Assembly: GCA_030747675.1 (NCBI GenBank)
Contig: JASLKH010000095.1
Span: 1 to 35,567, forward strand
Reading direction: 5' to 3'
DNA from: Candidatus Thalassarchaeaceae archaeon
GTDB taxonomy: Archaea > Thermoplasmatota > Poseidoniia > Poseidoniales > Thalassarchaeaceae
Length of the DNA: 35,567 bases
Numbering within the stretch: position 1 is the stretch's first letter; the number at the start of each line of letters is the position of its first letter. The position numbers and the translations under genes were made by a program. The notes beneath the pieces are model-generated. The model ran no database searches. It saw nothing but the letters and a program-made list of their open reading frames with translations, and was not told the DNA's origin. Of this stretch, positions 19,304-27,552 are shown piece by piece.

Positions 19304-19343
19304 GCTTGATGCTAACTTTAATGTGTCAAAACCTTTGGCCCTG

Positions 19344-20168
19344 TTACTTCACATTTTCAAGAGCATCTTGTTGAATTGCATACAATCTTGCTAATCCAGA
19401 TTCAGCCATATCCATGAGATTATTCAATTGTTCTCTTGAATACGTGGCCTCTTCACCAGTTGCTTGAATTTCTACTAAGTTTCCATCTGAGGTACCAATG
19501 ACATTCATGTCTACATCAGCGTTTGAATCAAGGATGTAATCTAAATCCAGGTACACATCTTCACCCAATAGGCCGACACTAATTGCGGCAACATTAGTGG
19601 GCATAACTGCACCTTCATGTGCGGTCATTTCTTCAGCACTCAATTGACGAGCAGCCCATTCTTTTCCTGCATCGGCGGGCTTTCGATCTGCAACTGGTAA
19701 GCACAACCCTTGTTCAATTAGCCTACGCACTCCAAGTCGCAATGCAATCATTGCTGCAGTAATAGATGCACAACGTGTCCCTCCATCTGCATTCAAGATG
19801 TCACAATCTATCGTTAGGCTATGTGGACCTAGTTCTTCCAAATTGATTCCTGCACGTAAACTTCGAGCAACTAGACGCTCAATTTCGTATGTTCTCCCTT
19901 TCGCCCCTCTTCGTTCACGTTGGAAACGAGAATCAGTGGAGCCTGGCAGGAGGCTATATTCTGCATTGACCCATCCTTTGGTAGCGTCACGTGGAAACCA
20001 GCGCGGTAGATTACGTGCACGCGTGCAGCATGCTAGAACCACAGTGTCACCTTGTTTGTAGAGAACGCTTGCTAAAGCATTGGGAGTGAAGTTGAGTTCG
20101 ATTTCAACATCTCTCATCTCATTTTTTTCTCGTGTGAGTTTCAACTCGGCTTCTTTGAACTTGGCCAT
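19344..20168 (-). CDS. rph: Ribonuclease PH, bacterial type
   Basis: GWVNAEYSLLPGST, GRTYEIERLVARSLR, DCDILNADGGTRCASIT, DLDYILDSNADVDMNV and EIQATGEE. Confidence 0.9.
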   Translation of the reverse strand: MAKFKEAELKLTREKNEMRDVEIELNFTPNALASVLYKQGDTVVLACCTRARNLPRWFPRDATKGWVNAEYSLLPGSTDSRFQRERRGAKGRTYEIERLVARSLRAGINLEELGPHSLTIDCDILNADGGTRCASITAAMIALRLGVRRLIEQGLCLPVADRKPADAGKEWAARQLSAEEMTAHEGAVMPTNVAAISVGLLGEDVYLDLDYILDSNADVDMNVIGTSDGNLVEIQATGEEATYSREQLNNLMDMAESGLARLYAIQQDALENVK

Positions 20169-20186
20169 GGTCTGCCGACCGGGGCT

Positions 20187-20741
20187 TCATCTTTGAATCG
20201 TGCGGCGGGCATGTGGTGGCCTCCAAGCCGCCCATGGGCCCTCAGTAGTCTCAATGTAAGGCCCTCCAATCAAATCAACGCAGTATGGAACTGCAGCCCA
20301 AATCTCATCGATTGTTTCGCGAATTGATCTTGGTGAACCTGGCAAATTGAGAATCAATGTTGAATCTCTTACTCCAGCAGTTTGCCTTGATAGGATTGCT
20401 GTAGGTACGTGCCGTAAAGAGATAGCACGCATTTTCTCCCCAAAGCCTGGTAGAATTTTTTGGCAAACAACTTCAGTCGCTTCAGGAGTTACATCTCGGG
20501 GAGCTGGCCCAGTTCCTCCAGTTGTAATAATAACGGCGCATCCTAAATTACATAATTCAATCAGAGAATTTTCTATCACACTTTGTTCATCCTTCACGAT
20601 TTTTCTTTCAATCCGAAATACTGAATCAATAGCCTCTTGCAGAAAACTTTCGATGGCCGGTCCGCTAATATCCTCATAAGTTCCTTCACTGGCACGATCG
20701 GATGCGGTGAGCACACCGAAGATTATCTCATCATTGGCCAC
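20187..20741 (-). CDS. mog: Molybdopterin adenylyltransferase
   Basis: LTASDRAS, TTGGTGPAPRDVTPEAT, AILSRQ, NLPGSP and VPYCVDLIGGPYIET. GTG start. Confidence 0.92.
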   Translation of the reverse strand: MANDEIIFGVLTASDRASEGTYEDISGPAIESFLQEAIDSVFRIERKIVKDEQSVIENSLIELCNLGCAVIITTGGTGPAPRDVTPEATEVVCQKILPGFGEKMRAISLRHVPTAILSRQTAGVRDSTLILNLPGSPRSIRETIDEIWAAVPYCVDLIGGPYIETTEGPWAAWRPPHARRTIQR

Positions 20742-20772
20742 GGTGCTGCGAGAGAATGCCCACTAAGAAGCC

Positions 20773-21747
20773 TCACTCTTCCTCATTTTCCGTTGAAAGT
20801 GCTTCCCGAGCAATCGTTCTTCTCATTTTCCGCTCATCACGCGGTAGTGGATTTCTTGATTCGATTTCATTTGAGCGGACCGATCCGGGCACCTTCCCAT
20901 TGAGGATGAATCCCTTTGCATCATGGAATTCAGTAGCTGTAAGCCACCCGTCACGACGCATATCTGCAAGTCTTTCTAGCCGTTCAATCATTTGTATTGT
21001 ATCGATATTCGATACATCATCCATTTTCTGATTTTTCCGACCTCTAGCCCATATCAATTGCGACAACGTCGCAGTTAGTAAACCGTATAGAGCAATACCT
21101 GTGAACATCAGAAAAATTGCTACTACTCTACCTCCTGTTGTTACAGGTGCATAGTCACCGTAACCAACTGTAGTTGCTGTTGTAATCGCCCACCACATAG
21201 ATTGCGGAAGCGTTGTGATACAAGTTTCTCCACAAGCGTCGGCTGTTGCTTGTTGTTCGAAAAGAAATGCGATGAAACCACCTGCAAAACCAATTGCAGT
21301 GACTACGAAAAGAAGGTGTTGAATCTGTCTTTGGACAGGAGAATCTTCACTTGTTTCGTGAAGCCCGAGAAGGTTTGTGGCCAAAGAATAAACCTTTGTC
21401 AGATGCACTAATCTAAGAAGAACAATAACACTAATTTGGGGTATTGCTGCTAGAATAACTGGCGTTAATCCAAGAACTCCCCAACTTTGGGCGCGCCACC
21501 ATTCAGAACGATCATCGGTGGTGGAAAGATCAGTTGCTAATTCAGCAATAAAGAAGCCGACAATTAGCAAGTCAAGAATAGAGATAATCCAGAATAATGT
21601 GGGATTGGTATTGACGAGGTCTTCTTGAATAACAAAGATGACGATTCCAATTGAAATAAGAGAGAATATGAGTTCAAGGTTTTCAACACGAACCCAGTTT
21701 GACCACCAGAAGGTTTTGTCCTCGGTGACAACATCATCCTCGGACAT
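20773..21747 (-). CDS. Potassium channel (6-TM, Kv-like) with C-terminal SHOCT-like domain
   Basis: Pore helix and filter WWAITTATTVGYGDYAP; four preceding TM segments; LERLADMRRDGWLTATEF. Confidence 0.92.
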   Translation of the reverse strand: MSEDDVVTEDKTFWWSNWVRVENLELIFSLISIGIVIFVIQEDLVNTNPTLFWIISILDLLIVGFFIAELATDLSTTDDRSEWWRAQSWGVLGLTPVILAAIPQISVIVLLRLVHLTKVYSLATNLLGLHETSEDSPVQRQIQHLLFVVTAIGFAGGFIAFLFEQQATADACGETCITTLPQSMWWAITTATTVGYGDYAPVTTGGRVVAIFLMFTGIALYGLLTATLSQLIWARGRKNQKMDDVSNIDTIQMIERLERLADMRRDGWLTATEFHDAKGFILNGKVPGSVRSNEIESRNPLPRDERKMRRTIAREALSTENEEE

Positions 21748-21821
21748 GAATTGGTCAACGAAAAGGAGGAGTTCTTGAGTGTTCGGTGTCCCTTAGAGGT
21801 TGGGTGCCGATTATTCAGAAT

Positions 21822-22898
21822 TCATGCATCGTCGAGAGATTCCTCATCAACGACTTCTTCTTCTTCAGGATCAAGTGATGTATGTTCCTCTTGAGATCTT
21901 TTCCACCTACTTTTTGAGCAGAGTACGATGTTAGCAATTGGGTCGCCAGTCCGGACGAGAGGATTGACCGCTAAACCTATGATAATTCCAGTTCTAGGGC
22001 TTACAACAGTCTGTGTACTAGCTCCAAAGGGGTCAGTTACATGTGCGATAACGTCTCCTTTTGTGACATGGTCTCCAGGAGACACCATTGAGTGCAATAG
22101 CCCCCCTCCTTCTGCTCGAGCCCATTTTGAACGTCTTACAAGCATCCGTACTGCTGGCATACGAGTATCTCTTGTAATCATGCCAATGCCTGACATCACA
22201 TTGAGTACCCCTTCAATTCCTGAATGTACTGCTTCAAGTTCAAATCGATGAGCACTACCTGCCTCCAGAAGGATGGCCGGTGTACCTGCATTTGTTGCTT
22301 CTTTACGGAGAGACCCTTCAGGTCCTTTTGAGTGTAGAATAATACGGGTTCCGAAAGACCTAGCCAGAGTCATTGCTTCAGAGTTATCAAAATCTGCGCG
22401 AATATGTGGCAGATTCGTTCTTGATTGTGGAGCCGAATGCAAGTCGATTAGGTAATCTGAATTTTTCACTACACTTGCAAATAATTCATGAGCGATGCGT
22501 TGAGATTGATTACCGCCTACTTTACCAGGAAATAGTCGATTAATATCTCTGTTATCTGGTGCTTCCCGCTGTTGTAACAACATGCCTTCTATGTTTACGA
22601 CTGGTACACAAATCAGCGTACCAGACATTTCTGAGAGCGAGATAAAATCATCATCGGTCCCTGCAATATGGTCGTCTCCATGAATTAGGTGGTGAACAAC
22701 AGATACCCCGTTCAATTCGTCACCATGAACACCTGCTACCAGTGCTAAAACAGGACCTGGTTTTTCCCCATTCATAATGTATACAGGTATATTACGGTCA
22801 TTTCCAGCAGGTCCTTCTCCCAATTCCAATTGTGTCTTTACACGCCCTCCCGGTTCAACTTCAACTCCTAAAAAATTAAAATTTCCCCGGCCGGTCAT
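21822..22898 (-). CDS. Succinylglutamate desuccinylase/aspartoacylase family (M14-like) hydrolase
   Basis: GVHGDELNG, DINRLFPG, IDLHSA and LEAG; C-terminal biotinyl-like repeat. Confidence 0.9.
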   Translation of the reverse strand: MTGRGNFNFLGVEVEPGGRVKTQLELGEGPAGNDRNIPVYIMNGEKPGPVLALVAGVHGDELNGVSVVHHLIHGDDHIAGTDDDFISLSEMSGTLICVPVVNIEGMLLQQREAPDNRDINRLFPGKVGGNQSQRIAHELFASVVKNSDYLIDLHSAPQSRTNLPHIRADFDNSEAMTLARSFGTRIILHSKGPEGSLRKEATNAGTPAILLEAGSAHRFELEAVHSGIEGVLNVMSGIGMITRDTRMPAVRMLVRRSKWARAEGGGLLHSMVSPGDHVTKGDVIAHVTDPFGASTQTVVSPRTGIIIGLAVNPLVRTGDPIANIVLCSKSRWKRSQEEHTSLDPEEEEVVDEESLDDA

Positions 22899-23014
22899 GA
22901 ACTGCCGAAGTGAATCTACGTAACAATTTCTCTGTTCAATGATTCTTTCTTATTTTACTTCACAAGGGTTCAAGAACCGTCGAGTAAAGGCACAAACTCC
23001 GGAGGTGATGGAGT

Positions 23015-23107
23015 GCCGCGTCTTCCCCAAATAGCACGAGTGGCCATCGTCTTTCGTTTCAATTGTTTGATTACAATCGGAACGAGATGCGCTCGTGCGG
23101 ACGCGGT
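23015..23107 (+). ncRNA. Candidate structured RNA or cis-regulatory leader upstream of the RPA operon
   Basis: Manual pairing gives about 25 bp in the hairpin 23034-23098, closed by an 8-bp stem 23015-23022/23100-23107. G-U pairs favour the + strand. Confidence 0.4.
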
Positions 23108-23133
23108 CTTTTGACCCCCAGGAGTTGCTCAAA

Positions 23134-24837
23134 ATGCCTAACCCAGAAGAGTTTGAAGAAGAAGTAAATGCGGTAAAAGAAGCCGTACCAGATGCAGATG
23201 AGAAAGCGATTGCCGATGAATTTCGGCGATATCGAGACGAATTTCTAATACCTCCAAAGGAGGCCCTTCGTAGTGTACTCAAGAAATTCCAGACAGAAGC
23301 CGGAATGGAAGTCACCTCACCATCAAATCTACCAAATAATCGACCAGCAGCAAAATCGGTTGATCGTTTCGAACAACTGGGTTCCGATGATTCAAATGTG
23401 ACTATAGAAGTACAAATTGTCACATATACTCCTCGAATTCAAATGGTAAGGGGAGAAGAGCGACAAATTGCATTTGGTTGGATTGAAGACAATCCTTGGG
23501 AAGATGGTGGAAATAGGACTCGATGGGACTTCAAAGATTGGGGGAACCATGCTGAGTCACTTGCACCAGGTTCTGTGGTCCGACTAGAGGGTGTTTCAGT
23601 AAATGAATGGAATGGTAAAAGATCAATCAATATCAATCAATCAAGTCGAGTTGCTGTATTGCGTGCAAGTGAGCGTGCAGTGGTTATGGCGCCTTCCGAA
23701 CCAACTCCAATTTCTCAAGTTTTAGATATGGATGGTTTTGCCACAGTCGTTGCTAGGGTTATCTCTGTTAGGCAACAGTCAATTACAAGAAAAGATGGAA
23801 CGACAGGGGAACTAATCAAGGGCCGAATTGCCGATGATTCCGGCACCATGGGATTCGCTTGTTGGAGTGAGTTTGATCACCCTGTTGGTACTTTATTAAA
23901 AATTGAAAATGCTGCGATACGTCGTTTTAGGGAAACACCTGAATTGAATATCGGAGAGCGAACCAAAGTAGAAGTATTTCATGATGGTAATTTCGCTTCT
24001 CTTGATGAGTTAGAAACATCATCTGTAGCCCAAATTGAAGATTTCCGTGATGGAGCTGTTGATGTCAATACAGTAATTCAACTTACATCTTGGGATGAGC
24101 GCAGGTTCACAAATCAATCTGGTGAAGAAAAGTCGGTATGGGGTGGTGACGTAGTTGACCCAACAGGTTCTTGCCGTCTAACTGCATGGACAGAACTACC
24201 GATTGATGTGAAATCATTACCTATTGCGATTAAATTGAAAAATGCCAGAATTCGAAGTTGGCAGGGTTCTCCAGACTTAGTTGTAGATCGTCCTGATCAA
24301 GTTGAAATTCTCAAGAAAATCCCATGGGATACAATTGACCCTTCCGAGCACACAATTGAAGTTACATTTTCAGAGTTAATGAGCGGTGGTTCGCGAAAGG
24401 GAGTCACTAGTGAAGCAACAGTAGTTGCAGTCCAGACAGGTTCAGGCATAATTCATCGATGTCCAGAATGCAAGAAGGCCATGCGTGATGGTGCTTGTAG
24501 AGACCACGGGGCACAAGCAGGTGTTGAAGACTTACGACTTCGCCTTGTTCTCGATGATGGAATACACAATGGGGCCCTAATCATTGCTCGTGAAGCCGCT
24601 GAAAAATTTCTCGGCCAATCAATGGATGATGTATCAGAGTCCTTCAAAATAGATGGTGGTGAAACATTTCACAATGAGTTACGTGCTAAATTAATTGGAC
24701 GTCGTTATCGATTCAATGGGCGAGCAATGATTGATAATCAAGGTGCTTTAATTATGGCAGATACATTTGAAGAATCAGACCAGGATGTGACCGAATTGGC
24801 GCAGAATGTCAGGGAAACTTGGGGGGTATTTGTTTGA
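23134..24837 (+). CDS. rpa: Replication protein A (multi-OB-fold ssDNA-binding protein with Zn finger)
   Basis: Repeated OB motifs (GRIADDSG, VVDPTG, LVLDDG) and CPEC-x9-CRDH. Likely start ATG 23134, after a GGAG SD. Confidence 0.85.
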   Translation: MPNPEEFEEEVNAVKEAVPDADEKAIADEFRRYRDEFLIPPKEALRSVLKKFQTEAGMEVTSPSNLPNNRPAAKSVDRFEQLGSDDSNVTIEVQIVTYTPRIQMVRGEERQIAFGWIEDNPWEDGGNRTRWDFKDWGNHAESLAPGSVVRLEGVSVNEWNGKRSININQSSRVAVLRASERAVVMAPSEPTPISQVLDMDGFATVVARVISVRQQSITRKDGTTGELIKGRIADDSGTMGFACWSEFDHPVGTLLKIENAAIRRFRETPELNIGERTKVEVFHDGNFASLDELETSSVAQIEDFRDGAVDVNTVIQLTSWDERRFTNQSGEEKSVWGGDVVDPTGSCRLTAWTELPIDVKSLPIAIKLKNARIRSWQGSPDLVVDRPDQVEILKKIPWDTIDPSEHTIEVTFSELMSGGSRKGVTSEATVVAVQTGSGIIHRCPECKKAMRDGACRDHGAQAGVEDLRLRLVLDDGIHNGALIIAREAAEKFLGQSMDDVSESFKIDGGETFHNELRAKLIGRRYRFNGRAMIDNQGALIMADTFEESDQDVTELAQNVRETWGVFV

Positions 24838-25790
24838 CTGAACCACGCCGTAATCGAAGGCAATCAGCCATTAGATTATTTGCTCAAGAATACAATGAAT
24901 CAAGTTTGCCTGATGGCGGTCAAGGGGAATTTGACCCTAGATTCATTGTTACAAAATTGGGAGCCCGGGTCAACCGTATGATGGCTGCTGGAGTAATTGA
25001 ACGCTTAGAACGTCGGGATACAGAAAGGGGGCCAATGTTTTCTGGACGTATACGGGATCCAACTGGTATGCACAGTTGGAGTGTGGGTTCATTCAAACCA
25101 GAGTTACATACTGATTTGGAAGAATTATTGGCAAGATTCGAAGGAGGAGATAGATTCCTAATGGCTTGTATTGGTAAATCAAGTCATTTTGCTAGAGAAG
25201 ACGGAGGTATATTCTGTCGAATGCAGATGGAAGAATTTGCTATTATCGATCGAGATACTTATGCACATTGGTTGGTTGAAACATCACACCACACCATGCG
25301 GCGTATCGATGCACAGAGTAAAGCACAATCAGCCGATGGTAGTTCGGCAGCAGAATTACGTAATGCTGGAGTTCCTAATGACCTTGTCGAAGGTTTAGAA
25401 CTTGCTCTAGATCACTACGGAGAATGGGATCCAGAGGGTTACAAAGTGGGCGTTCTCCAGGCCCTTAGTGCCGCAGAGGGAAGGATGGTATCATTTGAAG
25501 AGCATGAAGCAATGGATTCTTCTTCTGAACAAGAGAAAATCGTCGATGAAAAACCTGCAACACCCACAGTCGATGCTGAACCAAGTAATACTGCCGATAT
25601 AGAATCAATTGTCCTTGAAATAATCAAAGGAAATACAAATGAGCGCGGAATAGATCACGACTCAATAGTAAAGCAATGTGCTCTCAAAGGCATCACTGAT
25701 GAATCTAGCATAGAAGATGCAATTGATTGCCTTCGAGATGACAAATGTGAGATTATGGAGCCTAATTTTGGTTGGTTCTTGCCAATTTAG
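24834..25790 (+). CDS. RPA-associated / RPA32-like protein (OB fold plus C-terminal winged helix)
   Basis: RRQSAIRLFAQE...TKLGARVNR...RIRDPTG pattern. The TTG start overlaps the rpa stop (TTGA), after a GGGGGT SD. Confidence 0.75.
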   Translation: MTEPRRNRRQSAIRLFAQEYNESSLPDGGQGEFDPRFIVTKLGARVNRMMAAGVIERLERRDTERGPMFSGRIRDPTGMHSWSVGSFKPELHTDLEELLARFEGGDRFLMACIGKSSHFAREDGGIFCRMQMEEFAIIDRDTYAHWLVETSHHTMRRIDAQSKAQSADGSSAAELRNAGVPNDLVEGLELALDHYGEWDPEGYKVGVLQALSAAEGRMVSFEEHEAMDSSSEQEKIVDEKPATPTVDAEPSNTADIESIVLEIIKGNTNERGIDHDSIVKQCALKGITDESSIEDAIDCLRDDKCEIMEPNFGWFLPI

Positions 25791-25864
25791 AGTAGACTAA
25801 TTGGATGTCGTTGACCCGCTACCTTGAAGGTCATTCTTCTAGCATGGGGTATTGAGGCGCCCAC

Positions 25865-26209
25865 ATGGCTCAGGCTGGAACAGTTTTCATTCGCGGTTTT
25901 GAGGGGGACTGGTTACAGTTTGTGGACTGCAAAATAACTGTTGATATTCGCCGTCGAATTACTCGCGAAGTGAAGCGCGGAGGTGAAGGAGATGATTTAC
26001 AAGACGAGGGTGCTGAATCAGCAGTTTACACTCTTGAAGGCAACATCGGCGTTTCAGGTTATCGAGAAGTACTAGCAATTTTTCGCTCTGGTGAAGTTTG
26101 GTTGTTAGATCCTTTCACTCAAGACGAAATTAAAGTTGCATTCCAAAGCTTGCATTATGAAGGCGACAATGGTACTTATTCCTTTGAGTTAATTGAGGAT
26201 GTGATTTAA
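25865..26209 (+). CDS. Hypothetical 114-aa beta-rich protein resembling the phage DNA-circularisation N-terminal (Mu gpN) / tail-tube-initiator fold
   Basis: RRITREVKRGGEGDDLQDEG..YTLEG, LLDPF..IKV and SFELIED resemble the recalled family pattern. GAGG SD; the stop overlaps the next ATG (TAATG). The CDS is well supported; the family call is moderate. Confidence 0.55.
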   Translation: MAQAGTVFIRGFEGDWLQFVDCKITVDIRRRITREVKRGGEGDDLQDEGAESAVYTLEGNIGVSGYREVLAIFRSGEVWLLDPFTQDEIKVAFQSLHYEGDNGTYSFELIEDVI

Positions 26210-26793
26210 TGGCCTCTGAGCGTGAGGAATCTTCAGATCTCCTTTACGCTATGAGGGCAATTATGGTTATGATGAATTCGGGCATTGGTCTTGAAGCAGC
26301 CCTTCAGATGATTGGAAGAGGTGGATATGGTGTCATATCAAAGGATTTCCAAGGTATTCTTGAAAATTTGCAGCGGGGAGCCAGACTGGAAGACGAATTT
26401 GGAAGACTCTCAACCTCTGTAAAGAGCAAGGCATACAAGCGACTTTTGGGTACGTTGAGATCGAATGTATCGAGTGACACAGACCTCGTGCGTGCATTGC
26501 AGCAACAAGCAGATCGAGAGGAGGAAGAGCGTAATGAGAAACTTAAGGGCTACATCGAGACTGTAAGTGGATTACCTACGATGTTACTGACTTTGGGCAT
26601 TCTGTCACCAATTATCTTCGGGATTCCAGCAATGTTGCCAATTATTGCGCCCGACATTTTGAATAGTGGCCTAGCTGGAATGGGCTCTATTGCTCAGGCA
26701 GCGGCATGTTTTGGTCCGGCTTTATTTTTCACAACTATCTTGATCGGCCTAGTTGGCTATCGCGCACATTCTAAAGACCCGGGGGTAATTTAA
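26209..26793 (+). CDS. Type II secretion system F-domain platform protein (TadC/FlaJ-like)
   Basis: MNSGIGLEAALQMI..GYG.IS.DF helical T2SSF pattern and C-terminal TM helices. Confidence 0.8.
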   Translation: MASEREESSDLLYAMRAIMVMMNSGIGLEAALQMIGRGGYGVISKDFQGILENLQRGARLEDEFGRLSTSVKSKAYKRLLGTLRSNVSSDTDLVRALQQQADREEEERNEKLKGYIETVSGLPTMLLTLGILSPIIFGIPAMLPIIAPDILNSGLAGMGSIAQAAACFGPALFFTTILIGLVGYRAHSKDPGVI

Positions 26794-26794
26794 T

Positions 26795-27541
26795 TTGGAT
26801 TTTCTCTGGCAAATTTACGATTTAGCATCAAATAGTTTATTCTTGGTTTTGATGCTACCACTCGCCTTACCCTGTGCTGCTGGAGCGATTCCAGGACTAA
26901 TTGATCGTTTAAGGCGCAGAAATTTGGAGCAAGCATTACCTGAAGTTTTGGAATCAATATCATCCAGTATTGGGGCAGGTCTTGGCTTACAACAGGCATT
27001 AACTGACATATCTCAGAAAAGAGATGATGAAACCGGAAAATTGCTCAAAAAGGCAATTCAACGCTCTCACGCCACTACTTTTGATGCTGCTCTAGTTGAA
27101 TATGCATTGAATAGTAGGAGTACATTGATTCAACGAGTCATTAACCTCCTGACTACGGCGATTGAACAAGATGCACCCTTACAAGAAGTTACCAACTCGA
27201 TGTCAATAGAATATGATCGCTTGAATAAATTGATTAATCTACGAGAAAAAGAAATGATGGGGCAATCAAGCCTTTTGTTAATGCTCATGTGTCTTCTCCT
27301 ACCCGGAATAATGGGTGCGATGTTTGCCTTATTCGGTTTAGCATCAATTGGGTCCTATTGGGGCCATATTCACGGCGTGATGTTGCCATATTTGATGGCA
27401 TCAGCCGCCCTCACAGTCGTCATCTCTGGTCGTATGTTGGGTAGAACCAAGCAAGCATTGTGGTGGATTCCATTTTGGTCAGTCTTATCTGCTATGCTTT
27501 ATCTTGGTCTATTCGAAGGAATTCAGGGTTCGATGATGTAA
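26795..27541 (+). CDS. Type II secretion system F-domain platform protein (TadB/FlaJ-like)
   Basis: LEQALPEVLESISSSIGAGLGLQQAL; several TM helices; TTG start after a GGGGGT SD. Confidence 0.85.
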   Translation: MDFLWQIYDLASNSLFLVLMLPLALPCAAGAIPGLIDRLRRRNLEQALPEVLESISSSIGAGLGLQQALTDISQKRDDETGKLLKKAIQRSHATTFDAALVEYALNSRSTLIQRVINLLTTAIEQDAPLQEVTNSMSIEYDRLNKLINLREKEMMGQSSLLLMLMCLLLPGIMGAMFALFGLASIGSYWGHIHGVMLPYLMASAALTVVISGRMLGRTKQALWWIPFWSVLSAMLYLGLFEGIQGSMM

Positions 27542-27552
27542 GGTGATTGAAA

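Noticed and set aside
18343-19343. Integrative element at tRNA-Phe
   Set aside because: No duplicated tRNA 3' end (att site) and no integrase were found in the window.
22986-23112. 5S rRNA, hammerhead ribozyme or C/D box sRNA
   Set aside because: No conserved 5S loops, no CUGAUGA core, and no convincing C/D box pair.
23008-23114. Small ORFs after the perfect GGAGGTGA (ATG 23008, 8 codons; GTG 23013, 33 codons)
   Set aside because: SD spacing is poor (overlapping the ATG; 4 nt to the GTG) and the peptides are featureless; RNA structure explains the region better.
22950-23423. 157-aa minus-strand ORF
   Set aside because: It is an antisense shadow of rpa, Ser-rich with no motif.
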